A stretch of 64,000 nt of DNA. It comes from Paraphysomonas bandaiensis. Its lineage: Eukaryota; Protista; Chrysophyceae. Below the pieces are notes generated by a model that was not told where the DNA came from, made no database searches, and saw nothing but the letters and a program-made list of their open reading frames with translations. Within the stretch, counting starts at the first letter, position 1. Every line of letters starts with the position of its first letter. The stretch spans positions 124,001 to 188,000 of the forward strand of contig CBFFRP010000430.1 of NCBI GenBank assembly GCA_965644295.1. Reading direction: 5' to 3'. Below, one piece after another: positions 23,013 to 37,355 of this stretch. A program made the position numbers and the translations under genes.

Positions 23013-24029
23013 CAGAAGAATATCTGCTGACTATGTCAGTAGCATGTTATTCAGCATTATAGGAAAGTGAATCAATGTGGTTCTTGCACTGGAGTGGTTT
23101 TACAACTTATATTTTACGTTTAATTATGTAGTCAGACCCCTGGGCACCTTTCATCATTTTAGATGAACCAGGAATAAACTCAAATGCTATAATTGAGATC
23201 GCTACTGGGTATGTAATCAATGTTTCATAGCTAATTATATTACTATAGAGCGGTTCAACCCCTCAAAGTCGCACCATCACCCGAAGATGTCAATTTATTG
23301 TAAGTTTTCATAAACATTCTATTTGGTGGATACAATCCTCCCATCTTGCACTTATTCTCAATGAAAGAGGAAAAAAAGACCTCTGTGGAATGGATATATA
23401 GAAGTTCAGTTAGTTGCACAGACAGTGGTGTCTAACGTCGGATGTATGCATATGTATAGTATGGAGTCTTTAAAGGCAATGCAAAGGCAATTATCGATTT
23501 CATATCAATGAAGAATCGATCGTGGACACATGCAGTCCACTCCCGATCTCTATATGCACATACTGCTGTATATATGCATGGAATGCATGCATTAAACTCA
23601 ACCGCTCTGCATATATACAGCTGTATTCCATATAATACGATTATAAAATACAGTTGTTCGAGAAGGATTGTGTGACTGTCATCCATACGTGTATTCCTGT
23701 AGTCATACACAACGTCATTGTTCCATTAATCATACACCAATCAATATTAATTTCTTATAAACTATTGGTTAGTAGGTGGCATGGACTTTTAGAACATGAT
23801 TTTGTTGTCAACAAATTTTGTTGTGAAGTTAACTTTGTATCAAATGGTCATTTTACTCTCAAAATACTTCAAAACTCTACTTTTTATTTATTAAAAACTC
23901 TACTTTTTATTTATTAAAAACTCTATTTTTAATATAAAACTTAATAAATGAATAAAAGTAAGGATAAAATCTATGGATTTTATGTTTCGCATGAGATTAT
24001 TCTGGATAGAAGTATGTCCATATATATGT

Positions 24030-24991
24030 ATGTATATGGGCCTATGGGTCTATGTATGTATGTATGTGTTAATGGAGTTCTTAAATATGATGACTATACA
24101 GGCATATGTCACATGTACGTGCCCATACATACATACATACACCATAACAAACCCTTCAATCACACGTTATCAACACCATCATCATTCATCACATACAAGG
24201 GAACTCTCGAACGTATTCATGAGGTAAGATCATTCTCTCTCTCCCTCTATTGAGTCTTACATACATCTTCATACATTACACACAGTGATCCCATTTACCC
24301 CAATAATTACCAATATGGGGATACAGACGACCCTATTCATTACATGAATGATGAAGAGGACACGACTAAAGAAGGATGTCATGCAATCTATTCATATGAT
24401 GATCTCTATGCCAATGAAACACTGTATATAACTATAGAGGGGGACTGTGACTCATGCTATAAGAGAAGTACGTTGGATTGCAACGGATATATTTATCATC
24501 TGAATGAAGGGGGAATATGTACAACTCTTCCATGCAATACAAATCAAGATTGTGGTCTTCATATGAAATGTGATATCACTGATGACAATTCTTGTTTAGG
24601 AACATGTATACTCAGTACAAATGGTATTGTTGTGGTGATATTATGCACAGCATTAGTACTCATGTGTTGTTGTGGTATACTTATCAAGTTAATAGTCGAC
24701 CGTCACTATAGAAAGAGATCAGAGAGAAACAGTGATGGTGTTGCAACAGCGGCAGCGGTGCAAATACCTCCTTCGCATCAGTTCTATAGTAGGTATGGGC
24801 CTAGACAGCCTACCCCTGTGAGGGCTTCTGCCGCATATGCTCCGGCCACTATTACCGACATAGAGATGGTTGAGGCACCTGAAACGTGTCCGCAGTTCAT
24901 CCCATTTGAACGCGACAGCATCGTCCTAGCAGAAGCTGTCCCAGCTGGTGATGCTGGTAAAGACAAAACGAATGATGACAGCGAGATTTGA
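24030..24991 (+). CDS. Type I membrane protein with small Cys-rich ectodomain (2 exons)
   Basis: The intron at 24224-24285 (GTAAGA..ACAG) joins a hydrophobic N-terminal frame to ORF 24344. Contains CNTNQDCGLHMKC..C..C and TM IVVVILCTALVLMCCCGILI. Start codon uncertain. Confidence 0.65.
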
Positions 24992-25580
24992 TATCAAATC
25001 TGACACATCTAGAGGTCTGTTTTGCCGAGAGACTACACGTGAAGGGGAAGTTTTGTCCGGCAGGCAGCAATCATTTGTATTTTTAGCCTCGGATAGAAGA
25101 AGCGCGAATAGTTTGTATCAAAAATATATGCAATGTGTATCTTCTATCTTTTAACATGTAGTGCGTTACTGTTGCCAATGAAATGTTGTGATTTATATAC
25201 ATTATGTACGGTTCCGTGTTATATTGTCTCCTGTGTTCATTCGCTAGATACTAAGTGTCAGGGGTAGTCAACAACTTATTGCATTTCAATATTGCGATTA
25301 TTTTAAGTGAAGTTATTTATGTTATTATGCACTCTCACTGAATGTTACTTCGAAAATATCTGTTATTGTTTATTGGCTGCTTTCGCCTGGAGCATATCTA
25401 GGGTTTCTGATTAGTGCAACATGATCCATATGATGGGTGCATAATGACTGACAGAAGGGTGTTGCCTCATTCCTGCTGTTATTAGAGAACTGGCTACACC
25501 GTAACATCACTTAGCTTAATTCCTGAACTACATCATCAGCAGTGTTGACGAATGCCAATTCGTCGTGACGTGGTATGACG

Positions 25581-26159
25581 AACATTTTTAGAGATATTGT
25601 AAATTACGATACAGTATTATAACAGGGCCTGGTAACCATTAATGGTAGTCCAGTTCCTGGTAATTATAATGGCATTAATGAATATAAAAGATAAAATCTA
25701 TAGAATGAATATGTGAATCAGCTATTCGCCCGTCAAAACGAAGTTCTCATGCTAAATAGTCTAAACAAACTACTAGTCAAACATTTTTAGAGATATTGTA
25801 AATTACGATACAGTATTATAACAGGGCCTGGTAACCATTAATGGTAATTATAATGGCATTAATGAATATAAATAAAATCTACAGAATGAATATGTGAATC
25901 ACCTATTCGCCCGTCAAAACGAAGTTCTCATGCTAAATAGTCTAAACAAACTACTAGTCAAACATTTTTAGAGATATTGTAAATTACGATACAGTATTAT
26001 AACAGGGCCTGGTAACCATTAATGGTAGTCCAGTTCCTGGTAATTATAATGGCATTAATGAATATAAAAGATAAAATCTATAGAATGAATATGTGAATCA
26101 GCTATTCGCCCGTCAAAACGAAGTTCTCATACTAAATAGTCTAAACAAACTACTTGTCA
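25581..26159. repeat. Tandem triplication (~199/180/199 bp) of the 3' UTR of the Patched/NPC1-like gene
   Basis: AACATTTTTAGAGATATTGTAAATTACG...CTAAACAAACTACT occurs three times; the middle copy carries small deletions. Confidence 0.95.
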
Positions 26160-29100
26160 CGATTACTACTTTCACCGATTGTATCCGGTGAATCCTCTAC
26201 GTCCGCGTCCACATCGGGTTTGTCTGTTTCTTCAGCTCTATCGTAGTCATCATGACGCGATACACGTGTAAATGGCTTCGGTCCAACAAGAGACAGAAGT
26301 ACCGGTAGTAATATCATTCCATGGCCCACACCAAGAACGATAGTTGTGAAAAATTGTTTAAACACAACTCTAAACACATAACTTTGGGAAACACTGAGCA
26401 TAAGTACGGCAAGGAGAGTAGACAGTGCGCCGTTGAGTACCGCTCCACCAATAGAGCTGAGAGCAGACGTGACTCTCTCATCTCGTGTTCCTGCGCAAAC
26501 AACACATAAAGAAATTTCCCGATTCAATATAAAAATAAACATATGTAACTAGTTGTCGTTTTATAGAGAATACACATGCATACTGGTAGTTTATCGAACC
26601 TTCCGTTAACATAAATGCGTGGCCCACATGAGCGGAGTAGTCAACTGCCAAACCTACGGCGAGTATGATGTTGATAACTGAAACCCCATCTATAACCAAA
26701 TCCCAGTAGTACATAACACCAAGAATGCCATTAAGGGTGCTCAGAACACAGAATGCAACCAAGAGAGCTGTAGTCGGCGAACCAATGAGAACGCATATAA
26801 CCACCACTACAGCCATCATACTCAAGCCAACGCCCTGATATAACTCTTGTTTAATGATCCTATAACGCGAACGACTTAAACTTCCGTGGTATATAGAAAA
26901 TACTCAAATACTCACTTGAGAGACTCAAATTGAATGTAACTGTAGGTCCAGGGGAAAACAGGCTCACTTAGATCATCACATATATCGCGTAGCCCGTCCA
27001 TCGCCCTCACGGCCTTGTTTGCATCAACTTGTAGACGGCCTTGTGAATAGGTTCTGAAGTACAAGTCATAACTAATCCAACTGCTGAGTACAACGAATCA
27101 CCTGAAAGGTACATACTCCGTTTTTATCTTACTAGCAATTATACCATTTCCGTCCGAACTCCGAATCACGGAGGAGTTATACCTTAAGGACACTATGTAA
27201 ATATCGCTATTGGGTAGTATGTAGGCTATGTATATCACCTGACTCCTGCAGGATTTACTAGAAATTCGTGAAGCGATTCGTAAAACTCATCTTCATTTAC
27301 AGGGCGACCCTTTTCATCAACGCTCACCGATGTATTTGCAGAAGGCAACCACGAAATATAGCTTGTGTACCATGAGTCATAGGCCGCAGAGTACGGATCT
27401 AATAGCAGTTTACATAAACATAAACGTACATACAAAACTGTGTACAAAAATCACACCTTGTAGGTAGGGAGGCTTATTTTCGTAGCCGTCAAGGGTCGAT
27501 TGCATGTCGCCCAGTATGTCCTGTCGGGCAAAATGGTCGTAGCTATGCGTGACTATGTTTACAGATATGCCATTATCTCCAAAGTATTTATCAAAACGAT
27601 CTAGTGTGTCAAGTATGTAACTGTCATCAGGGATGAAGGACCGTTCGGATGACTCTACAGAAAGGTTTGTTGCTCCGATAATTCCAAAAACGATAAACCC
27701 AAGGAAGAATAGTATCACGCACACCTAAAGCACAACCCCATGAGATAAGAATACACCACATGCAAATGTCGAGACTACGTTTGCGGCACAGCCATGGCAG
27801 TAGAAATCAAAATAGTTAAGAAACGTAGTACCTTCACAACTGGTTTCAGTAAAAAGGGTGCGTAAATCTCGCCCAGGATCCTGTGAACGAATTTTACGTG
27901 GGGCTGTTCTGCTGAAGTCTTCCCGACACTTCGAACTTCGCTCTTTGAATCATCGCTGGATTTTCTTTCTTCGTCCTTATCCTCATCATTTGTGCCTAAA
28001 ACAGTAGGACGCCCGGCCAGTTCTATATCCGTGCCTGTCTGTGGGGAGACTGCCTGGTTGCTTCCTGTCCCAGGAGATGGTGGATTGGAGGAGGTGTGTG
28101 TGCGTAAACAGCACAATACATCTCTTCGCCCATCACGCTGCCGCCGTCCATCCAGCGTTAGAGCTGCCGAGAAAAAAGTTATTTGCATTAGAAAGAGAAA
28201 CACCACTCCCAAAGAAGCGTAGGCACAAAACGAGGATAGAGCGGGAAGGGATGATACAGAGCTAATAGCGAAGGCAACGAGATCCGTAATTGAAGTTATG
28301 CTGATCGAAACCCCAGCGTGACTCAACGCGAACGATATTTGAGATGTTACAATGGAGATTATATTTTTCTGGGGCTGCTTCTGTTCTTCTTGGTTCCCCT
28401 GCTGACGATTTTTGGGGGTGTAATCATCGAAAGAGTCCGTGATGACGAAGGAGTCATCAACGCCTATCCCTAGTAACACGAAAGGAAGCAAACCGTGTAG
28501 TGGGGTGTATATCAAGCCACAGGCAGAAGCCAGTCCAGTGCTTGAGACTATCGCCAGCGCAACCGTGGCAAGTACAGTTATCGAAAGCACGATACGAGAA
28601 GATACACAAGTACGGTCACACGTTCCCAAATTCAATCCCACATAGACCAATAGCAGAAGGTATGATATAATTAGGAGGGAGATATCTGACTGAATAGCCT
28701 CACCAAACTCATCCCCAAGTGAACGCTGCGCGTACGGATATACTTTAAACGCAGGGAAGGAAGAGGATTGTAGAGTAATATCCAAAAATTTCCTTTCCCA
28801 GGCCATAGCCTTTGCATCTACGTAATCCCCATTGACGACCTCACGATTACTTTCGATGTAGAAATATATTACAGCAGAGGCCGCGGATGTTATCACAGTA
28901 CCATTCTCCCCAGTGCTAGTCCCAATATCTCCCAATTGATTCTTTAAATCGTCCACAGTATTGTCGGCATTAATAGTACTAAGTACACTGTCATCATCAG
29001 GCTCGGCACTAAGAGTAGCATAAGAATACTGCCAATTCTTAAGTACGCTTGTAATTAGACAAGGATCGCCATTAGAGTTATCTTTCACACACAATGAATA

Positions 29101-29720
29101 AAAATCCTCTTCATCACCATCAACCCTAACAGATATGTTCGCAATAGTCTCATACAGAGACATAAACTCCAATAAGTTGGATTTGGTTAACATGCTTTGT
29201 CCATCCTGCCAATATATGAATCAATACACAGCAACACACACTACCATACAACCATACACAACACTACTATACACTACCATACAATACATGCACAACTACA
29301 CAACTGCCATACAATGCATACATAACACTGCTATACCATGCAACCATGCAACCATATACAGCTATGCACTACATACATACACAACACTGCTATATATTGC
29401 ATACATACACTCACCCTTGGCTCAACTATAATATACTCCATACGTGATGGTTCAAAAAAACTTTCATATAATTTTCGATCATCTGATGCACGTGTATCTT
29501 GTGGGACCCATAGTTTGTCCCCTCTATTCTCTGTAACCATATCACGAAATCCAATAGATAGTAATGCCGTTACAATCAGTGATAATACAATGACGAATAC
29601 AGGACGTATTCCAATAGTTTCACCATATTTTGCAAATGTATTAGAAAATAATTCATCAATTGCATTAGCATACTTGTCGATGTAGTTGTCATGCTCCTTT
29701 TGGGTGTTGGAACCTCCCAT
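26150..29720 (-). CDS. Patched-related / NPC1-like sterol-sensing-domain RND membrane protein, multi-exon
   Basis: LWVPQDTRA, SSD motifs LGIGVDDSF and GVSISITSITDLVAF, C-terminal GLAVDYSAHV and GMILLPVLLS. Exons are joined by GT-AG introns. Confidence 0.9.
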
Positions 29721-31063
29721 GATGTGTAGTTGGTTGTTAATCTAGTAGTTTATTGAAGTATGATATGGTTAATTGTATTGTCTATTATTAATGGACATCA
29801 CAGATATTAATATTCACCATATCATATGGATGTATATGTATAGAGCCTGCTGTGAAGTGACTGCTGTATGTATCCATGTATGGTATGTACGGGTGTTCCT
29901 GGTATAGGGAATGACATCAATATAGAAACTCTAGTAAGAACGGGCTACATGGCATGGTTACTACCGGGAAAAATAGTATATGAGAAAATGGTGTTACGAA
30001 CGGCCGATAGAGTTAGAAATACGGGCTACAATGTTTGTCGATGGTATTCATGAAAATTGTACTTTTCTTTCAGTTATACTACTTTTTAATACCATTTCAC
30101 AGCATAAAAACAAGGATTTTCTCTAATACTATAAATAGTAGGATTTTAGGAAAAAACAGTCTATTTCACAAAATCCAGAAATCAAATAAAATATTTGACA
30201 TAAAAATTATGAAATTCCTCTATAAATTGGTCGTTTTTAGTTTGAAAATTCACTTTTCACTTAAAAAATAAGGACTTTCCACGTACTGGTGAATGTGGTA
30301 TGGCCATGTCAGAGACGAGTGGAATCATATCATCATCACACTAATGGTTCAATTGCTGTATATCACTGAGAAGAAGACAGAGAACAGTGATCGGAAACGC
30401 TCAGAAGGTAGTCTCAAAGCTTCTATACATGAAGATAGAAAGATACTACAACGATATGATGAAACTATTCTCTGAATGATGCGAGACATACATGGAGATC
30501 CACCAGTAGTCTCTTTATTGTATCACTCTCATACGGATGGATTGGTAACGAAGGTGATTACTTAGAAAGCAAATAGAGGTCGTTCATATGATAGTTCATT
30601 GGCAGTTCATATGAGAGTGTATGCAAAGGTTCAGATGACCTTTTAGACGACGGCTCATATGAAACTGCATGGAACACCTAACGCTAATCGAATAGCTAAG
30701 ATGTACGTCACGTGTACTACTTTCTAAAAGTAATATCTATAGGCTCAGTGGTCAGATCAATTCATATGGACAATGATCACAATTATATAACTCCCTGCTA
30801 ACTAACTAATTATATGAATTTGTTGTATACAATAGAAGCAGCAATACGGGTGATATGAATATGGTCATGGAGCAAGCTACTACGTTGGAGTTTGCACATC
30901 AACACTATGCTGTGTGATAACGTAGATTTATGGCAGGATGCTTCAGACGAAGAACAAGAGGTTGGGATAGAAGTTCATGTTGATTGAGAAATAAATAATA
31001 ATTTATATAAAAGATTTAGTCTATTGAATAAATATGATCGCACATAGTTAGTAGCGAATACCT

Positions 31064-31150
31064 TATTATTAGCAATAGGCGTTTAAGATTCAGAATTGGC
31101 TAAAATGTTTAACTCTGACATCCTAGTATTTAACGTTACGAAAGCTCTTG
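31064..31150 (-). repeat. Degraded dispersed repeat family S fragment
   Basis: TTATTATTAGCAATAGGCGTT...TATTTAACGTTACGAAAGCTCTTGTG. Confidence 0.55.
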
Positions 31151-32483
31151 TGTTGAAGCTTTATTGTAGCTTTAACCCTCATTATGTTGAAAACCAAATA
31201 TCTAGAATGTACAGCTATTAGAAGCGTGTTTGCCTGTAGAGGTTATATTTGTTCTCTGATAAACATTAGGAACACAAAGAAAAATCAAAATGCTGTTTCA
31301 AATTAATTTGTATGAAAACAACCCAGATAAGAACGAAAGGTACCAGATCAAAAACCTCCAAATCACCTACGCGGCCATTGCGCTCTCAAAAAAAATCCTG
31401 AAGTTTCATGACGATTCAAGAGTCGGAAGCTTTTGTGGTTGCTATTTGACAGCTAAAACTATGATGGTGATGTACTTTACTCGTGATGACAGCTTATGAT
31501 AATATCGCTTTAACTACTTAGCTTTTACTAAACAATATAAGTAGTAGAATGGGAAAAACTAAAGAGTAATGCACGAATATATCTGATTAATGTTGGAAAT
31601 TGCTCATTTTAAGCTAGATCACAGAGAGAATTTGTCGTAAGACTAGATAGATTTATTAATAACGTTTACACGAAGTTGTGATAAACAACACTAACTCATT
31701 TTAATCCACGCATAATATCCTACATATGCGAACCTCTCGTTACTGAACATATCTTGAAAGATTAAACTATTTCAGTCTCAATATCATCACAGCATTTGTA
31801 CATCACTATATTTCACTGTATTCTTGTACATTGTCTTCAAGTGACATACTGAATATGCTAGAATAAGATTCATATTCTAATAATTAAAGCTATTCTTTAG
31901 CAGCTTATATATTCATCTTGATAATAAAAATTAGAGAACTCATGTGGGGAGTATTTGAGAATCCATGTATGAGCAAGCTGGCACCCGGTAGTGGTTTCTA
32001 TTTAAAACACATTGCATTTACTGTTGTTTAATTCACACGCAATTGTTGATACCCACTTCCAAGGCTAATAATTCTAGTCGCAATACGATAGTATTAATAT
32101 TTGAAGCACGTACAACGTACATGTGTACGTATTATGTCGAATAGCTTCGGTGGCACAAATAATAATAAATTCATAGTAAACATGAAACTCTACTTTGATA
32201 TGATACTTTACATATTATATTACTCGATACTAATCAGTATATACCTACGCAGCGTCTTCACTCAATAAACCAAAAAAGGACACCTACAATTCTTTCAGAC
32301 AATAACTTAAGGGAAAAAAAAGCATGTGCAATGTACAAATATTTAAACCCGAGGGAAAACTATCTGTAGTTGCATGAACACATACGAATACGAAGCAGCA
32401 TAAACTAAAAACAACGGCATCTTATTGTACTACCGTACAAGTATCTAATAAAATTAATCCTGTGTGAACTCCTGCAGTGAATA

Positions 32484-34970
32484 TCAAATATTTCGTTCTT
32501 CAGGTTGGGAAATATTGAGTGATTTCATCCCTTGTTCAGCCAAAAAATATAAACTCGATTTAAGCATCAAGCGATAGGAGGCTGAATCCAGTAGTAAAGT
32601 TATTAATTCACATACAGCACATATAATTGACGCACCGATAAGAACTCGCTCCAGATCACTTGAAATTAGGGGTCTAAGTAAAACATATTCTCCACCTCGC
32701 AACAGGAACTTCTCGTTTGTGTCAGGAAAATGCTCATCTGATATAAGAACCGCAATACCAGAGTAGCCTTTCTTTCTAAACTTGGACACCATATTAGATA
32801 CATTCTCTCCCGCCATCGAAGAGTCCATTATCACGATATTGAACGTCTGCAACTCGTACAGAGAGTTATCTATTGCGACCATTGCATCAGCGTAGTTGTT
32901 CTTGTGAACAACCTCAGCAGTACATGGTTCAAGTACTTCTCGCAGCAAAACCACATCCCTGCTATTCGAACTCACAATCAGGGCTCGTTTCAAGGACACG
33001 TTAGAAAAATCTTCTTGGTGGGTCCATTGATGATGACTAGTTTTAACCTCACATGATGTTCTCTCAGAGTGAAAAGAGTCCGGTAATGTTCCTCCATTGC
33101 TATTCTTTGGCTCCGTAATTTCCCTCGTCTCCAGCTCTTCTACATCAAGAACGGAAGACACTTGCATTTCCACCGAAAAAACGCACCCCTGATTTTCCTC
33201 CGAGTACACTCCGATTTTACCGCCGTGCAGTTTGATGATCCCCTGAGATACTACACATACATTAGTCCTCGTTACACAAAGTGTTATTTCGCACCATAGA
33301 GGCCAATCTCCGCATCTGCAGTGATTGACTGAGGAAGATAGCTTTCAATCATGCTCTCCTTGAACAAGTCGTCGCGCATTTCCTGTGTAATCTTACCAAT
33401 GATCCATGAACACTGCAAAATACACACCTGCGGAACACCTGGTCCATTATCATGTACTTCAATGCACACACTATTTATATTCTTCTTATCCTCTATCATA
33501 AAGCTTCCATACTCATAACCTTCTTTGCTTATCGCATATACTTTAGAGGAACGACTCAAGTGTCTCTGAGACGCTCTGTCCCGAAGTGCAAAGCAGAAAA
33601 TCTTCACATCCTGGCCACATGGAGTCACTTTTATCGAATGGTGTATTAAGTTGCGGAGGGCCTGGATGAATTGGGATTTATCCACATTAATCATTACTCC
33701 CTCTAGATTAGGATCTATGTGCATTGGTAAATCGTGTTGCAGATGGACTCGAGCATGCATAGCCTGCTCAACACCATTATCACATATTATCGCCAACAAG
33801 TTGCTCACCGCTTGCTTCAATGGCTCTACTGCTTCGTGCAGGATGGCGAAGACTGAGTGCTCCGTGCAACTAAGAGAGAGAGAGCGGTCTTTAATCTCGT
33901 CCACAAGCATGACGTTATCAAGTAGACTACATGCATGGTCACACGAATACCGTACATCTGTGAGTAGACTCAGTACTGCTGCCATACTTGGCAAATCAGA
34001 GAGAGACTGAACGGATGAAATTGTAAGTTTTACACTCGATATAATGGTTTTGAGCGAGAGTCGGTATTCTTTTGATAAAAATCTGATGAATTTTTTCTTC
34101 GTATTAAGGAGGTACTGTTAGGAAAACTCTCAACACAAGTGACAGATTATCAACAGAACTCGTTACCTGCGAGAGGTCTCTATCCTTGCGTGCGACGCGA
34201 GAAGGGAAGGTAGCGGCAAGCATGCTGAGAGAGGCATCCCACGTAGTCACAATCGCAATATACTGTGGAGGGGGAAATGTACTCGAATACACAAAGGTTT
34301 TGAGAATCCCTTTCAATAAAATTGATGCGACGATTAAAACAGTGTATATCGATGCATGTGTGTCCGATTTCTCTCCTTGAGATTGGTTGACCTGATAGGC
34401 AATATACAACAGCATCACGCAACATATTCCAATTACAACTGCAAAGAGTTTAAGAATTGTATCCCATATATCATCCCCATATCCAAACCACATTGTTAAG
34501 TAAGAATGTATACAAAACAAGATCATAATAATAAAATATGCCCATCTTTGTAATGGCCGAAATCGTTCATTCTCATTAAACATATGACTCATAAATGATC
34601 CACGAAATAATAATTCACGCATAAATCCTGCACATAATCTTAATTTTTGATTATATGTAAAGAATAAGATGAGATTAGGGATGATTAGTGAGATGATATG
34701 AGCCCATCGTGGTAAGGTGATTGTATGAGGTAACTTCCTATCAATTAATGCTTCTAAAAGAATAGGAAATGCTACACCAATAGCAAATGTAAATGAATAT
34801 TTACTTTCTTCATAACTTGTTCCTTCATTTGCTTTAAGATTTGGTTCAATTGAATTGTTAAGGAGATATGGGAGTATAGTCAATACCACCCCTATACCAG
34901 ATAATAGAAAAAATGCATAGATATTTGGTGAATGGTTTATAAAATACGTATAAAAAGATATCCACTGCAT
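32484..34970 (-). CDS. Membrane hybrid histidine-kinase-like protein (TM-HisKA-HATPase-REC), catalytically degenerate, multi-exon
   Basis: About 7 TM helices, then FIRFLSKEYRLSLKTI (H-box), QALRNLIHHSIKVT (N-box), EVHDNGPGV (G1), IIKLHGGKIGV and receiver-like ALIVSSN..IVIMDSSM..LLRPL. Confidence 0.8.
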
Positions 34971-35700
34971 GGAAAATCAATATAAAGTTTTGAAAAATGT
35001 TTAATATTTATATCATATAATGAAATAAATATATAGATATTAGAAAAAAAATATGAAGTGTGAAAATATGTGAATGTATCATATAAAATGAAGTGAAAAA
35101 TGATTTACTTCATAGTGTATGTGAGGCTCATAGTGAGGGTTGTAAGTTAAAGTATAGTGTATTAGTAAGTAGCATATATAATTGAATGTAGTATGTAATT
35201 TCTTCTATATCTTATGGAATATCACGTAGATCAATATGTGTATGTGTAACATACTACGACTCTTCAAGATGAACTCTTTCTCTACCGTATATTGGGTTCG
35301 TAGGTGAGAGCAATCCACTCCAACTCTGACGTACTCTACTATACTATGTGTACCAAATCCCCTAATTTTTGAATAAAATCCTAGTTTTCCGTCGGACGAA
35401 ATTACAGAATTGATATTTTCGTAATATTATAAGTCCGGAAGTGCAAAAATTGTAGATTTTGTATAAACTTAATAGCCAAAAAATAGAATAAAACGGAAGT
35501 GGTAGTCAACTTCTACATATAGTAGTCTACATATGAATATACATGCATAGTGCCTGTACTTACATGCATGTATCTATAGGTCTCTCTCTATATATCATTC
35601 ACATACAAGTATCTCATATATTAACCACCACACTCCATTATCACACCTCCAGTAACTCATACACACCTTCCGTAACCTCTAACACTCAGTTATTATTCAA

Positions 35701-36483
35701 ATGGTCCAATTAAATACTACAATCAAGATTATACTTATCGTCGTAGTATGTATATGGGCATTTGCAGGTATATTACGTCTCATGTATCCGGCTATATGGA
35801 AATATATAAACGATTCATTCCTTATCATATGGAACCACATATCACCCCCCAAAGAAACCACCAAACAATCGCATTACATCATGCCAATGAATGATGATTT
35901 TGATGATAATCGTTTTTCAAAATCTTTTAGTGAATTGTCACGTAAAAATTCTCGGCCTGTCAAATGTGAGGGATCATTAAAATCCGCTAAACGTCAAAGG
36001 GAAAGAGGTCTCACAAATACGACACTAGATAGTGGTTTTCGTGCTTCACACTTAAGTACTAGAACTCACCAATCAGTGCAATCAACAAATTCAACGAAGT
36101 CAGCGAGAGTTATCGACCGCCGGCTCTCTAATCAGAGTGTGAATAGCCACACCAGTAACGTCAGTGGTAGCGTTGCTGGCAGTGTTTCTAGCCGATCTGC
36201 TCTGTCTCGTACACAATCTTTTAAAGAACGCAATCAAGACCCTAATCGGAGGCGTTCACGGCGGGTAACAGGAGTAACAGGAATGGTTGGGGGAAGAGGA
36301 ATTAAGGTCAGGGAAAAGAGCGCAAGGAGCTCGAATACGTCATTTGCTTACCCATTTAAGTCGCGCGAAGAAGACTTTACACTCAACCCGCTAAATCAGT
36401 CTTTCGAAAATACTGAAGTTGACGATTTGGGATATAGTGGTAGTGTTTCAAGAAGTAACAGCGATATTGAGGCAGGAAAATAG
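35701..36483 (+). CDS. Hypothetical single-pass membrane protein with Ser/Arg-rich disordered tail
   Basis: 260-aa intronless ORF with an N-terminal TM helix and a CA-rich leader like other genes here. Confidence 0.65.
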   Translation: MVQLNTTIKIILIVVVCIWAFAGILRLMYPAIWKYINDSFLIIWNHISPPKETTKQSHYIMPMNDDFDDNRFSKSFSELSRKNSRPVKCEGSLKSAKRQRERGLTNTTLDSGFRASHLSTRTHQSVQSTNSTKSARVIDRRLSNQSVNSHTSNVSGSVAGSVSSRSALSRTQSFKERNQDPNRRRSRRVTGVTGMVGGRGIKVREKSARSSNTSFAYPFKSREEDFTLNPLNQSFENTEVDDLGYSGSVSRSNSDIEAGK

Positions 36484-36899
36484 CTTCTTGCTAACATATT
36501 TGGTTCGAAAACTCCACTGTATGATTAGTTATTCATGTATTGGTTACTGCTATTGAATTGTAGTAAACTTGTCAATTTCTTGTTCTGTGTGTATTACGGT
36601 AAAAATGCTGAGTTACTAGTGATGCCAACTTAGTGTAGCGTAAGGTAGAGCGAAACCGCAGTGCTATATTAGAAGCAGTGCTAAGAAAGTTAAGTAAAGT
36701 ATAAATTTACTACTGGACAATTAGGTCTAATCTTAATTAAATAGTTTGAACTATTTTTATATACGGCTTTGGAGCGCTAGCTACATAGTCCTGTGTAACA
36801 GTACGAGTAATACACAACTTAGGCGTAGTTCGATACCATAGCAGCCAATTATAATTCAATTATTGTTGTTATCCTTAATATTGCTTTCAACATATTCTT

Positions 36900-37355
36900 T
36901 CCTTACCTTGTTCATAGAAATGGCACGAAACAATTGGCAACACTTCCTTTCATAGAGTCTACTGTCTACTTTACATGAAGTCTGCTTTTTTCTGATGTTT
37001 CTCAACAATGTTTTTAACGTATTCTATCCCCTCCTCAACATCAAGAGAACAAAAAGTTACAAACATATTGTACGCTTCCAACGTCTCACTCGCGGTACTG
37101 TAGAAAGAACTTTTATTGACTAAAGAGTTCAATAAAGCTACAGCTTGCACAAGGCAAACTAATTCAGGTTTCAATAATGAGTTGAAGAGAGTATACAGAA
37201 TCCTACAGAAGATGAACAACAGCGGCTTCGGATGGAACGAATAGCGACAACTGATGTTGAAGTGTGAGACTCTTTCTTGTATCTGCCCACTTGCACTTGA
37301 CCTTTTCTTGGTCGTTACTTCCACAGTCTAAGGATCCCTTTTGGGCTACTTTCAT
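36900..37355 (-). pseudogene. Degenerate coding fragment
   Basis: Protein-like frames broken by a stop or frameshift, with a donor-like GTAAGG near 36906. No recognisable domain. Confidence 0.25.

Noticed and set aside
35433-35502. Two CGGAAGTG motifs in a divergent promoter
   Set aside because: Only two short occurrences; cannot be distinguished from chance without genome-wide counts.
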